Assembly (NCBI GenBank): GCA_040081265.1 | Contig: JBEBGV010000005.1 | Coordinates: forward strand, 40,358-104,357 | Direction: 5' to 3' | DNA from: Vicinamibacterales bacterium | Lineage (GTDB): Bacteria; Acidobacteriota; Vicinamibacteria; Vicinamibacterales; UBA2999 | Length of the DNA stretch: 64,000 nt | Shown here: piece after piece, positions 11,009-21,296 of the stretch | How the letters are laid out: the number at the start of each line of letters is the position of its first letter | How positions within the stretch are numbered: the first letter of the stretch is position 1 | Made by a program: the position numbers and the translations under genes | Notes under the pieces: model-generated | Databases searched by the model: none | The model's input: the letters and a program-made list of their open reading frames with translations, nothing else | What the model was told of the DNA's origin: nothing

Positions 11009-11266
11009 TCAGGCGGCGTGGCGCGCCGGCGACGTGCGCTCGACGACCTGCCAGCCTGATTCGCGCAGCGTGCCGGCGATCTCCGCGTGACGCTCCATCG
11101 CGGCAACCACGCCAGCAAAGCGGCCGACGATTCGGGCCCGTCCGCTCCACGACGGGACCACGCGCAGGTTGAAGGTGCGGTCGGGGTTCTGGTTGATCTC
11201 ACAGGCAATACGGGCAACGCCCTGTCCGAGGATCCAGCGCAGCATGAGGGAAGTCGTTGGCTTCAT
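11009..11266 (-). CDS. Hypothetical small protein (85 aa)
   Basis: MKPTTSLMLRW...LRESGWQ; sigma54 promoter directly upstream. Confidence 0.65.
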   Translation of the reverse strand: MKPTTSLMLRWILGQGVARIACEINQNPDRTFNLRVVPSWSGRARIVGRFAGVVAAMERHAEIAGTLRESGWQVVERTSPARHAA

Positions 11267-11278
11267 GGCGCCATATTG

Positions 11279-11294
11279 AGCAACCACTATGCCA
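11279..11294 (-). promoter_or_regulatory. Sigma54 -24/-12 promoter
   Basis: Minus strand TGGCATAGTGGTTGCT, near consensus; predicted +1 about 11268, two nt before ATG 11266. Confidence 0.75.
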
Positions 11295-11483
11295 GAGCTG
11301 CAGATGTGCCGAGGTTCGAGCGTTTTTGGGCTTCCAGCACGCATTCTCGAGGGCGCGCGGCTCGCGGTCGACCCAGCGATGCTCAAATCTCCACCGCGTT
11401 TCCCACAAAGATGTGGCGAATTTTGCCTCCACCGTCAGTTCATTGGCGGAGAAATTCCAGGGGCGAATGACCGATATCTGCGG

Positions 11484-14400
11484 CTAGGGTGTGACGACTA
11501 TGGCGTCGTTCGAATACTCGGAGAAGACCGCATTCGCAACGCGGATCCTGTAGGTGTAGCTGGTGCCGGGTTGGGCGAAGACATCGCTCAGACTCGCTGC
11601 GTCGGCACCGAGGACGGCGATCTCGACCCACGCACCGCCGTTAGTCGATCGATAGACATGCACGCTTGTCTCTGTGGTGGCTGGATTGTTCCAGGTCAAC
11701 TGGACCTCGGTGCCCGACACCGGAGTCGCTACGAGGTCGGTGGGCGCGTCGGGCGCCGCCGGAGCTGCAGGCGTGGTCAGATCAACCTGATTGGAGGGGC
11801 TCGACGGTCCAGCGACGTTGATCGCCACGACACGATAGCCGTACAGCGTGTTCGCTGCCACCGTCGTATCGATAAAGCTGGTGACATTTGCACCGAGCAG
11901 CACGAGTTGGGAAAACGCACCGCCGTTTTCAGACCGCTCCACACGCATGTTGGCTTCGGTCGTCGACCCGTCCGACCATGCCAGCTGCACCGCGCCGCTT
12001 GATACGGGCGCTGCACTCAGGGTGTGCGGCGCCTCCGGTGGCGTGGACGGCGCAGGAGCGCCGGTGTCAAGCCGTACGTCGTCGACGACTGCAGACACCG
12101 AACCGTTGGTGCCGCCCAGCCTCAGGCGATCGGCAGTCCCCGACCACGACGTCGTGGAGGAGGCGAACGGCGCCCCGAACGGCGTGTCCCCTGGCGCCAC
12201 AAATGCCTCGACCAGGCGTGTCACGCCTGCGCCCGCCTGCCTCTGGTGCAGCGACACCCGATAGGTCGTGCCCACCGTCAGCGCGACCGAAGAGGGGGTC
12301 ACGGCTGAACTGCCCACCCTCAGCTGCAACTGGCCTGTCGAGGTCGTATAGATCGATCCCACGGTCGTGCCGTTGTTGGACAGAAACGCCAGGCGCACAT
12401 CGGTCAGCGAGTTCAGGCGCAGATAGAACGTGAGATACACGTCTGCGGTTGCCGGAAAGTCTTCCTGCAGATAGGCCGACCCGCTGAACTTCGCTGACTT
12501 TGCATCCTTGATCGGTGACGCGCTTTCGAAGGTCACCGAGCCACTGACGGTGTCGGCACCTGTGACCGGATCGATGAGGGTCGCGCCCTCGAACGTCATC
12601 AGTTTGAGGATCTGGCCGAGGCCACCTGCCCCGGTCGGCGTGGTCACGTTCGCCACGTTCGAATAGGCCGACGATGCCTGTCCGCTGGTCGCGCGGACCT
12701 GATACCGATAAGCCGTCCCCGCCACCACCGTCGTATCGGTATAGGACGTCGTGTTGGATGGCACCGTGCCGATCTCTGCAAAGGCACCGGCACCCAGTGC
12801 GCGTTCAATACGGAACAACTGCTCGGTCGCCGAATTGTCGTTCCACGCCAGCTGCACCTGGTTCACGGCCGATGCGCTCGCGCTGAGGTTCAGCGGCGCT
12901 GCCGGGGGCACGACCGGAAGCGGGGTCACCACCGGGGCGCTGTTTGTATACCCGGAAGGTCCGGCCACATTCACCGCCCGCACCCGATAGCTGTACGCAG
13001 TGCCAGGCAGGACCGTCGGGTCGGCATGACTGGTGGCGTTGGCACCGAGCACCGCAATCTCGGCGAAGATCCCGTCGCTTCCCGCTCGTTCGATCGAGAA
13101 CGACGCTTCGTTGGTTGCGCCGTCGATCCAGGTCAGCTGGACCGTGCCTCCAGGCAACACGCTGGCAATGAGGTTGGTCGGATCCGCCGGTGGTACCTGT
13201 GGTGTGGTGACGGTCGCGACGCCCGAGTAGTTGCCCAGGTTTCCAGCGTTCTCTCCCCGGACGCGGTAGGTGTAGAAGGTGGCCGGTGTCACCGCGGCAT
13301 CCAGGAACGCCGTGACGTCCGCCGCAACTGTGCCGATCTCGGCGAACACACCATTGCTGCCAGCTCGTTCGATTCGGAATGCCGTCTCATCAGCCGAGAC
13401 GTCGGTCCACGACAGCTCAACGGCGCTGGCCGTCGGCGCCAGCGCGCTCAGGTTGGTCGGCGCCTGTGGCCCCGGGATGCCCGTCGGCATCAGCGTGTTG
13501 TCGAGCTTGATGTCATCAACCACCAGATTGACGACCGCCGTCGTCAGCGTGCCCAGCCTGAATTCAGTGGCGCTCGTGGACCAGCTTCCGTTGGTCAGTT
13601 GCGCGAACGGTGCCCCGAAGGTGCCGTCGCCGGCCATCAGGAACGCCTCGAGCACGGCATTGTTTCCGCTCGTCTTCGCGCGCTGGTGAATGCCGATGCG
13701 ATAGACCTGCCCGGCTGTCAGCGCGGCCGAATCCGACCCCACCGTGGAACTGTTGTTTCTGAGTCGGAGCTGTCCGGTCGAACGCAGGAGGAACGTCCCG
13801 ACCTGGCTGCTGCCGTTCATGATGCGCAGCAGTTGCACGTCGCTCGACGGCACCGTGTTGAGCCGGAGATAGAAACTCATGTAGAGGTCGGGCGTCGCAG
13901 GGAACTCTTCGATCAGGTACGAAGACTTCACGGCAACCTTTGCCGCAAAGCTCCCTTTGAGAGGCGTGCTCGATTCGATCGTCACGGTTCCGCTGACATC
14001 ATCAACGCCGGTCGCAAGGTCCTCGACTGTTCCGCCTTCGAAGGTAATCACCTTGACGTTGCCGGCGCCGGGGGGCGCGGGCGTCGACACCTGCGCGGTG
14101 TTCGAGTAGGCCGACGGGCCTACGCCGTTGGTTGCCCGCAGTCGATAGCTGTATGCCGTCGACGGCTGGACGTCTTCATCGTCATAGCTGGTGGTATTGG
14201 CGGCAAGCGTGGCGATCAGCACGAATGCTCCACCACCCTCGGCGCGTTCGAGCTCGAACTGCAGCTCGTTGTTCGCCGAATCGGACCATGTCAGGTGGAT
14301 CTCCCCACCGACAGGCAGGCCCTCCAGCTCTGCTGGAGTCAGCGGGGGCGCCGGAACAGGGGGGCCGAGGGAGATCACGTTGTGAAGGTAGCGCCGTGAG

Positions 14401-15620
14401 CCCTCGTCGCTGGCCAGCACCACGATGCCGGACTGCGCCGTGGCGTTGCCCTTCATCGAGGTGGCGTCGTTGACTTGTGTGTCGGTGGAACTTCTGATGA
14501 ATGGCTCGCCCGGACCGGTCGGGAACGTAATCGTGTCCATCGAGGAGGTCTTCATGTACAAGACGCCCCCTCCGGTCTCGCTCATAAACAGATACAGCTG
14601 GCTGTTCGCCTCGTCGAGCATGACGACGCCGCGGGTCGCGTTCTCCTGACCGAGGGTCACCGTGTAGAGGGTCCAGCCGGAGTTGCGTACTGCCAGGATG
14701 ATGTTCGGCTTGCCGGTGGTGTCGAGGGACGTCTTGAGGATGGCGAAGACGCGACCGGCCTGGTCGGTCTTCAAATTCAGGTGATCGTCGGCACACGAGC
14801 CGCTGCACCCGATGCCAGGAAGCACCGTCTCTACCGGCTGCCACACCGTCGGCGCATCGGCGGCGCGGTGCACGGTGAAATACGTGCTCTTGGTCTTCTG
14901 ATTGCTCCACATCGCGCCGATGTCACCGTTCTGAAACGCGACCAGCGCAGAGATGTCGTCGGCGTTGACCGATGTGGAGGTCCCGCTCACCGGCAGGTTG
15001 ACGGGGGTACCCCAGGTGGCGTCGTTGCCGAGGCTCCAGTTGACCTTGACCTTGGATCCCTCGACGTAGGTCACCCACAGTCTCTGCGTGAAATCCTTGA
15101 CGATGGTCAGGGCCTCGGTCTTGCCACGCGTGACGTCAACCGGGAATCCGGCATCAAGCGAATAGCTCTGGGTGCCTGCCGCGTACGAGTACCGGAACAG
15201 TTTCCCCCACGTTGCCGATGACGTTGTGGCGGCTGCGCTCTCAGTGAACACATGCGAGACGACATACAGCTTCTGCGTCGTCTCGTCCCAGAGCGTGTCG
15301 GCCTTCGACGTCACCCGCGTGTCGAGCGTCGTGCCAGTATCGGTCCACGTCTGGCTTCCAGCCTCGAAGCGATAGATCCGATACTCATTCGCCTGCGGGT
15401 TGAACAGGCTTCCCCACCAGAGGCCGTCGTTGAACCACAGCTTGCTCTGGGGCTTCTCACCGGTAGGGTTCTGATTGACCGTCGAGCCGAACGAAAAATC
15501 ACGGAACCCGTTCTGCACCGGAGTCTGGGCGAAAGCGCTGCCGGACCATACGATCGTCGCCACACACGTGAGTAGAGCGAGGAAGGACCAACCCTTTGGG
15601 CGAACGACGAAGCTCATCAC
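11484..15620 (-). CDS. Large secreted protein: N-terminal beta-rich (propeller-like) domain, six FN3 repeats, two duplicated lectin/LamG-like domains
   Basis: Signal peptide; six P-x-x-P-x-x-L...L-x-W...Y-x-Y-R/Q repeats; two about 190-aa internal copies (TFEG...YLxExFPATxDxYxxFYLRLN...VVDDxxLD). Confidence 0.85.
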   Translation of the reverse strand: MMSFVVRPKGWSFLALLTCVATIVWSGSAFAQTPVQNGFRDFSFGSTVNQNPTGEKPQSKLWFNDGLWWGSLFNPQANEYRIYRFEAGSQTWTDTGTTLDTRVTSKADTLWDETTQKLYVVSHVFTESAAATTSSATWGKLFRYSYAAGTQSYSLDAGFPVDVTRGKTEALTIVKDFTQRLWVTYVEGSKVKVNWSLGNDATWGTPVNLPVSGTSTSVNADDISALVAFQNGDIGAMWSNQKTKSTYFTVHRAADAPTVWQPVETVLPGIGCSGSCADDHLNLKTDQAGRVFAILKTSLDTTGKPNIILAVRNSGWTLYTVTLGQENATRGVVMLDEANSQLYLFMSETGGGVLYMKTSSMDTITFPTGPGEPFIRSSTDTQVNDATSMKGNATAQSGIVVLASDEGSRRYLHNVISLGPPVPAPPLTPAELEGLPVGGEIHLTWSDSANNELQFELERAEGGGAFVLIATLAANTTSYDDEDVQPSTAYSYRLRATNGVGPSAYSNTAQVSTPAPPGAGNVKVITFEGGTVEDLATGVDDVSGTVTIESSTPLKGSFAAKVAVKSSYLIEEFPATPDLYMSFYLRLNTVPSSDVQLLRIMNGSSQVGTFLLRSTGQLRLRNNSSTVGSDSAALTAGQVYRIGIHQRAKTSGNNAVLEAFLMAGDGTFGAPFAQLTNGSWSTSATEFRLGTLTTAVVNLVVDDIKLDNTLMPTGIPGPQAPTNLSALAPTASAVELSWTDVSADETAFRIERAGSNGVFAEIGTVAADVTAFLDAAVTPATFYTYRVRGENAGNLGNYSGVATVTTPQVPPADPTNLIASVLPGGTVQLTWIDGATNEASFSIERAGSDGIFAEIAVLGANATSHADPTVLPGTAYSYRVRAVNVAGPSGYTNSAPVVTPLPVVPPAAPLNLSASASAVNQVQLAWNDNSATEQLFRIERALGAGAFAEIGTVPSNTTSYTDTTVVAGTAYRYQVRATSGQASSAYSNVANVTTPTGAGGLGQILKLMTFEGATLIDPVTGADTVSGSVTFESASPIKDAKSAKFSGSAYLQEDFPATADVYLTFYLRLNSLTDVRLAFLSNNGTTVGSIYTTSTGQLQLRVGSSAVTPSSVALTVGTTYRVSLHQRQAGAGVTRLVEAFVAPGDTPFGAPFASSTTSWSGTADRLRLGGTNGSVSAVVDDVRLDTGAPAPSTPPEAPHTLSAAPVSSGAVQLAWSDGSTTEANMRVERSENGGAFSQLVLLGANVTSFIDTTVAANTLYGYRVVAINVAGPSSPSNQVDLTTPAAPAAPDAPTDLVATPVSGTEVQLTWNNPATTETSVHVYRSTNGGAWVEIAVLGADAASLSDVFAQPGTSYTYRIRVANAVFSEYSNDAIVVTP

Positions 15621-15760
15621 CGCGGGATCTTAACTGAGCGACAGTCAACACGTTAGGGACCACCCGCGTCAAAAGTGACGACCTGTCTCACTTGGCGGCT
15701 ACGGTTGCGCTTCAGTGATTGGCGCGGGGATATAAAATCCGGTCTGGAGACCATCCTGAT

Positions 15761-16390
15761 ATGAGCCAATCGCGTCGCGTGTTTACAGTTCTGCTGGTGC
15801 TGACGGCCGTGATCAGCGCCACGAGCATCACGAGTCACGCTCAGGAACAGGCGCCCTCCAGGAACGCTGCGGGTGCGGGCTGGATCGCTCCAGGCGTGTT
15901 CGCAACGTGGGAAGCACATCGCGACGCTCCAGCGGATGGGCAGGCGATCAATGCCGAAGCGATGCCGCTCATCGTCGACCTGCTCGTGCTGTGGCGCGGC
16001 AACCCGGGCTGGTTCGACTACGCCCAGGTGTCGGCCGGCGCCGGTGGAAACGGTAAGCACGGCGTGAAGTCGCGTGGCAAATCGGTCGAACTGCGCTTCG
16101 ATCGGCGAAACGACTCGGTTGGACTCCTTCGCGATACGCTGGCGCTGCAGGGTGCCAATGTGCTGCTGCTCGACGATGTGGACAACCCGAACGGCGTCAT
16201 CATCGCCGGCACTCGACGGATCGAACCTCTTGATTCGGGCTCCGATGGCCAGGCGGCAGGCGATCCGATCAGGGCGCTGATCAGACAGTCGCCGGAGGTC
16301 TTCGAGTTCCTGCGCTGCGATCCGGTGTTCGCTGATCCAAACGATCCGGGCACCGCGATCACGCTCGGGGCGTGCAGCCAGCTTCGGTGA
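15761..16390 (+). CDS. Hypothetical secreted protein
   Basis: GGAGA RBS, signal peptide, C-terminal Cys pair. Confidence 0.65.
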   Translation: MSQSRRVFTVLLVLTAVISATSITSHAQEQAPSRNAAGAGWIAPGVFATWEAHRDAPADGQAINAEAMPLIVDLLVLWRGNPGWFDYAQVSAGAGGNGKHGVKSRGKSVELRFDRRNDSVGLLRDTLALQGANVLLLDDVDNPNGVIIAGTRRIEPLDSGSDGQAAGDPIRALIRQSPEVFEFLRCDPVFADPNDPGTAITLGACSQLR

Positions 16391-16422
16391 GCTGACACCC
16401 CGGGTACAATCGCGGGCGAACG

Positions 16423-18411
16423 ATGTCCGCCACCCTCCGTGCCTGCGTTCTCATCATCGTCGTTGGCACGGCCGCCTTCTCGAACAGTTTCGACAATCCA
16501 CTCCTGCTCGACGACTTCGAGACGGTGGTGGACAACCCGCAGATCAAGCGCCTGGGCATCGAGAACTTCATGCCGGAGCGGGAACTGCCGGTAGCCGGCC
16601 GACCCCTCAGCAACGCGACGTTCGCGCTGAACTATGCCGTCGCGGGCGAAGACCCGACGAGTTACCACGCGACCAACTTCGTCATTCACGTTCTGTGCGC
16701 CATCGTGGCGTTTGTGCTGCTGCGTCAGCTGCTGATTCAGCCGGGTGTACCTTCCGGCGTCCGGACCCATAGTGACTTCGTGGCGTCGGTCGCAGCACTC
16801 CTCTGGGTCGTGCACCCGCTTGGTAACGAAGTGGTGAACTACGTCACTCAACGAACCGAATCGCTGATGACGCTGTTCTACTTCCTGACGATGTACTGTG
16901 CCATTCGCGCCGCTGGGGTTTCAGGTCGCGTGTGGCCATCGCTCGCGGTGACCTTCTGCGTCCTGGGAGCGCTCTGCAAGGAGACGATCGCGACTGCCCC
17001 GCTGGCGGTGTTCGCGCTCGACTCACTGGTCGTCTTTGGATCGTGGAAGGATGCGTGGCGGAGACGTTGGTCACTGTATGCCGCGCTGGCGTCGTGCTGG
17101 GTCGTGCTCGCAGTGCTTCAGGCCACCGAGCCGCGGCCGTACACCACCGGCTTCGGCACTGGCATCAGCGCCTGGACCTACCTGCTGAACCAGGCCGAGA
17201 TGATCGTGCGGTATCTGCGTCTGGCTGTCTGGCCCACCGACCTGGTGGTCTTCTATGGTCCGCCCCTGCCCCTGTCACTGCCCGACGTGCTCGGCCAGGG
17301 ATTGCTCGTTCTGGCCGCGCTGGTCGCCACGATCGTGGCGTGCCGACGGTGGCCAGCGGTTGGACTCGCGGGCGTCTGGTTCTTCCTGACGCTGGCACCG
17401 ACCTCGAGCGTGCTGCCGATTGCAACCGAAGTCGGAGCGGAGCGTCGCATGTATCTCCCGCTGATCGCGCTGACCACCCTGACCGCTTACCTTATCTGGC
17501 GGCTGGCAGGCAGTATCAACCGGAGCGTGGCTGTCGCAGCCGTCCTGGTGTTGGCTCTCGGCACAACGACCTTCGCGCGCAACCGCGAATACGCGGCTGC
17601 CCTGCCCCTGGCCGAAGTGACGCTCGAGCGATGGCCCAGTGGTATGGCCCGGCTGCTCGTGGCCGAGGAGCTGCTGAAGGTGGGAAGAAGGGACGAAGCT
17701 CTGTCTCACCTCCGCGCCGCTGTGTCAGAGGCGCCCCGCGCCCACTACACGCTGGGACTGGAACTGTATCGGGCCGGACAGCTCGAGGAGGCGGTGACCG
17801 AGTTCCGCGCCTTCGTCAAAGAGGAACCAGCGTTCCGGTTCGTGCCCGACGCGCTGGCCATGTCTGCTCGCGCACTCGCCCGACTTGGCCGCTGGGATGA
17901 AGCGATGACCGAGGCGCAGAGTGCACTCGCCAAAGCGCCGGGCCTTCCCAACGCGCAGGTGGTCGTCGCGGAGGCTCACTTCCACGCCTCACGATTCGCT
18001 GAAGCCGTTGGGGCGTATCGACCGTACCTCGCGGTTCGCCCGAATGACATCGAAGCAACCACCAACCTGGCGATCTCATTGTCAGCGAATGGTCAGACCG
18101 CCGATGGGCTGGCTGCGTTTCAGCGTGCCGCCGATCTCGACACGAATAACTGGCAGACGCGACGCAACCTCGCGCTGGCACTGCTCGAGGCAGGCAGGCC
18201 ACGGGAGTCGGTCGTCGAAATCAGGCGCGCCATCGCGCTGCACACCGACGACAGCGTCAGCCACACGCTGCTTGGACAGGGGTTGGCGCGGGTGGGAGAG
18301 ATGGATGCGGCCGCTGCGGCCTTCGAGCGCGCGCTTCAGATTGATCCCAACGATGCCGACGCGCGCGGGTTCCTGACGCAGTTGCGAGGACTCGGCTCTA
18401 GCGCGCGTTGA
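16423..18411 (+). CDS. TMTC-like GT-C membrane glycosyltransferase with TPR repeats
   Basis: LLDD..V.DNP, GRPL, YHATNFVIH, VHPL.NEVVNY..QRTE, KE, AERRMYLP; multiple TM helices; C-terminal TPRs. Confidence 0.85.
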   Translation: MSATLRACVLIIVVGTAAFSNSFDNPLLLDDFETVVDNPQIKRLGIENFMPERELPVAGRPLSNATFALNYAVAGEDPTSYHATNFVIHVLCAIVAFVLLRQLLIQPGVPSGVRTHSDFVASVAALLWVVHPLGNEVVNYVTQRTESLMTLFYFLTMYCAIRAAGVSGRVWPSLAVTFCVLGALCKETIATAPLAVFALDSLVVFGSWKDAWRRRWSLYAALASCWVVLAVLQATEPRPYTTGFGTGISAWTYLLNQAEMIVRYLRLAVWPTDLVVFYGPPLPLSLPDVLGQGLLVLAALVATIVACRRWPAVGLAGVWFFLTLAPTSSVLPIATEVGAERRMYLPLIALTTLTAYLIWRLAGSINRSVAVAAVLVLALGTTTFARNREYAAALPLAEVTLERWPSGMARLLVAEELLKVGRRDEALSHLRAAVSEAPRAHYTLGLELYRAGQLEEAVTEFRAFVKEEPAFRFVPDALAMSARALARLGRWDEAMTEAQSALAKAPGLPNAQVVVAEAHFHASRFAEAVGAYRPYLAVRPNDIEATTNLAISLSANGQTADGLAAFQRAADLDTNNWQTRRNLALALLEAGRPRESVVEIRRAIALHTDDSVSHTLLGQGLARVGEMDAAAAAFERALQIDPNDADARGFLTQLRGLGSSAR

Positions 18412-18871
18412 CCCCGACGATGGTCCACTCGTCCGCCGCACGCTGAAGCCGAACGGTCCACGCGTGGCGATCGCTGCGCGGCCGTGGATCGCTCTCGCGA
18501 GGCACATAACGCAACCAGCCTCCGCATGCCGCAGTCGCGGTCGAGTCGGCGACATCGATCGCGCACTCGTCAAACGCCAGTTCCTGCCTGTCGAGTGTGG
18601 CGAACAGGGTTGCCAGTTCAGGTGCCTGGACCCCGGGCCAGAACGATACGGCTGCGCTTGCGTCGCGCTCTCCGTAGACGGCCTGCTGACGCGCAAGAAC
18701 GCGTCGGATCAGGGCTGACTGCCGCTGAGGTTCGTCGAGCGCCTCCGCCTCCACCACTTCGCCAAAGTCGTCGGGCAAGGCCGTCCGCAGCGCGACAGGC
18801 GGTGGAAAGAGCGCAAACCACACCCCGGTCACGACGAGCACGACAGCGCCGAAGACGAGCGGCCCGCGCAT
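18398..18871 (-). CDS. Hypothetical membrane-anchored protein (possible NTF2-like domain)
   Basis: GAGGAGG RBS, N-terminal TM, C-x-I-D-V...A-x-C and WTI motifs. Confidence 0.65.
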   Translation of the reverse strand: MRGPLVFGAVVLVVTGVWFALFPPPVALRTALPDDFGEVVEAEALDEPQRQSALIRRVLARQQAVYGERDASAAVSFWPGVQAPELATLFATLDRQELAFDECAIDVADSTATAACGGWLRYVPRESDPRPRSDRHAWTVRLQRAADEWTIVGVNAR

Positions 18872-19008
18872 TGAGATGGCCTCCTCGAAGGTCAGGTGGT
18901 GTGACGCAACTGCGACGAACGAGGCCTAGTAGAGATCATCCGGGCAAGCGGGTGCAATTCGTCCGACCGTCAAAAGTGGCAGGTTGCGCGTGAGGTTACA
19001 CTTTTTCT

Positions 19009-19416
19009 ATGGTCCTGAAGGCCCCGTTCATGATCCTTTCCATCGTCGCCGCCCTTGTCGCCTGCGATAACACCCCGACCGGTCCATCCGTCCGACTGAG
19101 CGAGCGATTCACCTTGGCTCCGGGAGAGTCTGTGTCGGTCAGGGATACGTCGCTGACGGTGACCTTCTTGCGCGTCTCAGGAGACTCGAGATGCCCGGCC
19201 GACGCGATCTGCATTCAGGGTGGCGATGCGATCGTCCATGTGCGTGTCGACGCCTCGAGCGCGGCCGAGTACGAACTCCATACCGGCGACCAGGCGCGAG
19301 CGTCGGTCATGCATGCCGGCTTCCGCATCACGTTGACCGAGGTCCAACCGTACCCGTTCAGCAGTCGCCCCATTCAACCTGGCGACTATCGTGTCACCCT
19401 CGTCGCCACGCGGTAG
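19009..19416 (+). CDS. Hypothetical lipoprotein
   Basis: Lipobox LVAC; DSRCPADAICIQGG and QPYP motifs. Confidence 0.8.
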   Translation: MVLKAPFMILSIVAALVACDNTPTGPSVRLSERFTLAPGESVSVRDTSLTVTFLRVSGDSRCPADAICIQGGDAIVHVRVDASSAAEYELHTGDQARASVMHAGFRITLTEVQPYPFSSRPIQPGDYRVTLVATR

Positions 19417-19421
19417 ACGCG

Positions 19422-20063
19422 CTATATGTAGCCGAGTTCCAGAGCCTTAAGCACCGCGCGTGTGCGGTCGCGGACGCCGAGCTTCGAAAGGATGCTCGAC
19501 GCATGGTTCTTCACGGTGCCCTCGGCTGTACCGACCGCCTCGGCTATCTCCCGGTTGCTGTAGCCGCCAGCCATCAGGCGCAGCACCTCGACTTCGCGCC
19601 TGGTCAACGCATCGGGAGGACTCAGCGCGTCAAAGTCGCGCCGGATGTGCTCGAGACCGCGCAGCACACGCTCGGTGACGGCTGGCCGGATCAGCGACCC
19701 GCCAGCGGCAATGGTGCGTATCGCCTCGGTCAACTGTTCCAGTGACACATCCTTCAGCAGGTAGCCGCGCGCCCCTGCCCGTACACCTTCGAGCACCGCA
19801 TCATCATCGTCGAAGGTCGTAAGGAGCAGGGTCGGCACGAGGTCTCCCGCGGCCTGCATCTCGCGCAGGAGATCGAGACCGCTCTTCCGGGGCATGCGGA
19901 TGTCGAGCAGGACCACATCCGGTCGTTCTCGCCTGATGATGTCGACACCCTCTACGCCGTCGGACGCCTCGGCGACGATGGTCACGTCTCCCGACAGTTC
20001 GAGGAGGGCGCGAATGCCTCGACGAACGAGCGTCTGGTCGTCGACCAGCACGACGCGGATCAT
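19422..20063 (-). CDS. NarL/LuxR-family response regulator
   Basis: VDD, DIRMP, TTFDDD, GYLLK; HTH LTRRE..GYSNREIA..TVKNH. Confidence 0.95.
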   Translation of the reverse strand: MIRVVLVDDQTLVRRGIRALLELSGDVTIVAEASDGVEGVDIIRRERPDVVLLDIRMPRKSGLDLLREMQAAGDLVPTLLLTTFDDDDAVLEGVRAGARGYLLKDVSLEQLTEAIRTIAAGGSLIRPAVTERVLRGLEHIRRDFDALSPPDALTRREVEVLRLMAGGYSNREIAEAVGTAEGTVKNHASSILSKLGVRDRTRAVLKALELGYI

Positions 20064-21187
20064 GCCGACGCCTCGGGGCGCGGCATGACGCCGTGCACCT
20101 CAAATCCCTGGCCAGCAGCGGTGACGATGTCGAGGCGACCCTTCTGCGCTTCGAATCGCTCGCGCATGCCTCGAAGGCCATTTCCAGGCACGACCACATC
20201 CATGCCACGCCCGTCGTCGCGCGCGTCGAGCGTGACGCCGTCGCTGGACTGCGTGATGCGGATAGCGAGACGGCTGGCGCCCGCATGTCGCGAGGCGTTG
20301 GTGATGATCTCCTGGACCGCGCGCAGCATGGCGTTGGCTTGAGCCGGATCGCCGAACTCGAGTCTTTCCGGCATGTCGAGGTCGATTCGCAGCGATCGGG
20401 CCGACGTGACCAACCCTCTCAGCGCGCCCGCAAGGTCGATCTGACTCGATTCGCGCATCTGGCTGACCACCTCGCGTACGTCACTGAGCAGCAGGCGAGT
20501 GATGGCATGCGCCTCGATGACGTGCTGTTCAGCCGCCTGACCCGCCGACAAGCGTGATGCCACGTCCAGCTGGAGACTCAGCGCAGTCAGATGGTGACCA
20601 AGCGTATCGTGCAAGTCGCGAGCAATGCGCAGTCGCTCGCCCACCCTGCTGTTTTCCGCCATCAGCTCACGCGTTGCCGTGAGCTCCGCGTTGGCCATCG
20701 CCAGGCCCTCGCGCGCACGCCGCTCGCTGATGGCCAGGAACGTGGTCGCGACCGCGAACATCTGAAACCCACCGAAGGCCACTCCTATGGCGACTGCGTC
20801 AACGATGCCCGTCTGTCCGCCGAAGATGGCAATGAGTATCGCGGTCTGCACCAGCACCCACGCCCAGGTGACCGGCACACCGGTCGCGTGCGGAACCTGC
20901 GCCGCCACAATCACGAGGGTCGCCGCGGCCGCACCATTGGGATTGGTCCACGTGATGATCAGTCCGCAGAGCGACTGCAGAAGCAACAGCGGTATCCGAT
21001 GCCTGGCACCGACCCTCGACGGCCAGATGCACAGATACAAGAGCAGACCAAAGGCCGACGTCGCCATCCCCCACGTGATGGCGTGCCCGATCGCTAACCG
21101 ACCGGATATCACGTCGACCAGCGCCGGCAGGCTGACCACTGCCCACGTCACCACGGCCGCCCAGTTCAGCCAGACATTGCCTTTCAC
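20060..21187 (-). CDS. HisKA_3 membrane sensor histidine kinase (DesK-like)
   Basis: ERLRIARDLHDTLGH, QEIITNASRHA, DDGRG, GNGLRGMRER; about five TM helices. Confidence 0.95.
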   Translation of the reverse strand: MKGNVWLNWAAVVTWAVVSLPALVDVISGRLAIGHAITWGMATSAFGLLLYLCIWPSRVGARHRIPLLLLQSLCGLIITWTNPNGAAAATLVIVAAQVPHATGVPVTWAWVLVQTAILIAIFGGQTGIVDAVAIGVAFGGFQMFAVATTFLAISERRAREGLAMANAELTATRELMAENSRVGERLRIARDLHDTLGHHLTALSLQLDVASRLSAGQAAEQHVIEAHAITRLLLSDVREVVSQMRESSQIDLAGALRGLVTSARSLRIDLDMPERLEFGDPAQANAMLRAVQEIITNASRHAGASRLAIRITQSSDGVTLDARDDGRGMDVVVPGNGLRGMRERFEAQKGRLDIVTAAGQGFEVHGVMPRPEASA

Positions 21188-21222
21188 ACCGCCATTCTAG
21201 CGGCCGCGTTCCCGCGGCGGGG

Positions 21223-21261
21223 GTGCCGGAAGTCATGATCGACAAGGGTGACCTGTGGCAC
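21223..21261. promoter_or_regulatory. Inverted repeat, probable response-regulator binding site
   Basis: GTGCC-N4-GTCA (21223-21235), 13-bp spacer, TGAC-N4-GGCAC (21249-21261), between the divergent kinase and membrane-protein genes. Confidence 0.6.
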
Positions 21262-21296
21262 ATGCGAAGAGGGCGGCTCCCGTCCAGAATGGCTTC

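Noticed and set aside
18940-18970. Sigma54-like site upstream of 18871
   Set aside because: GG-to-GC spacing is 11 rather than 10.
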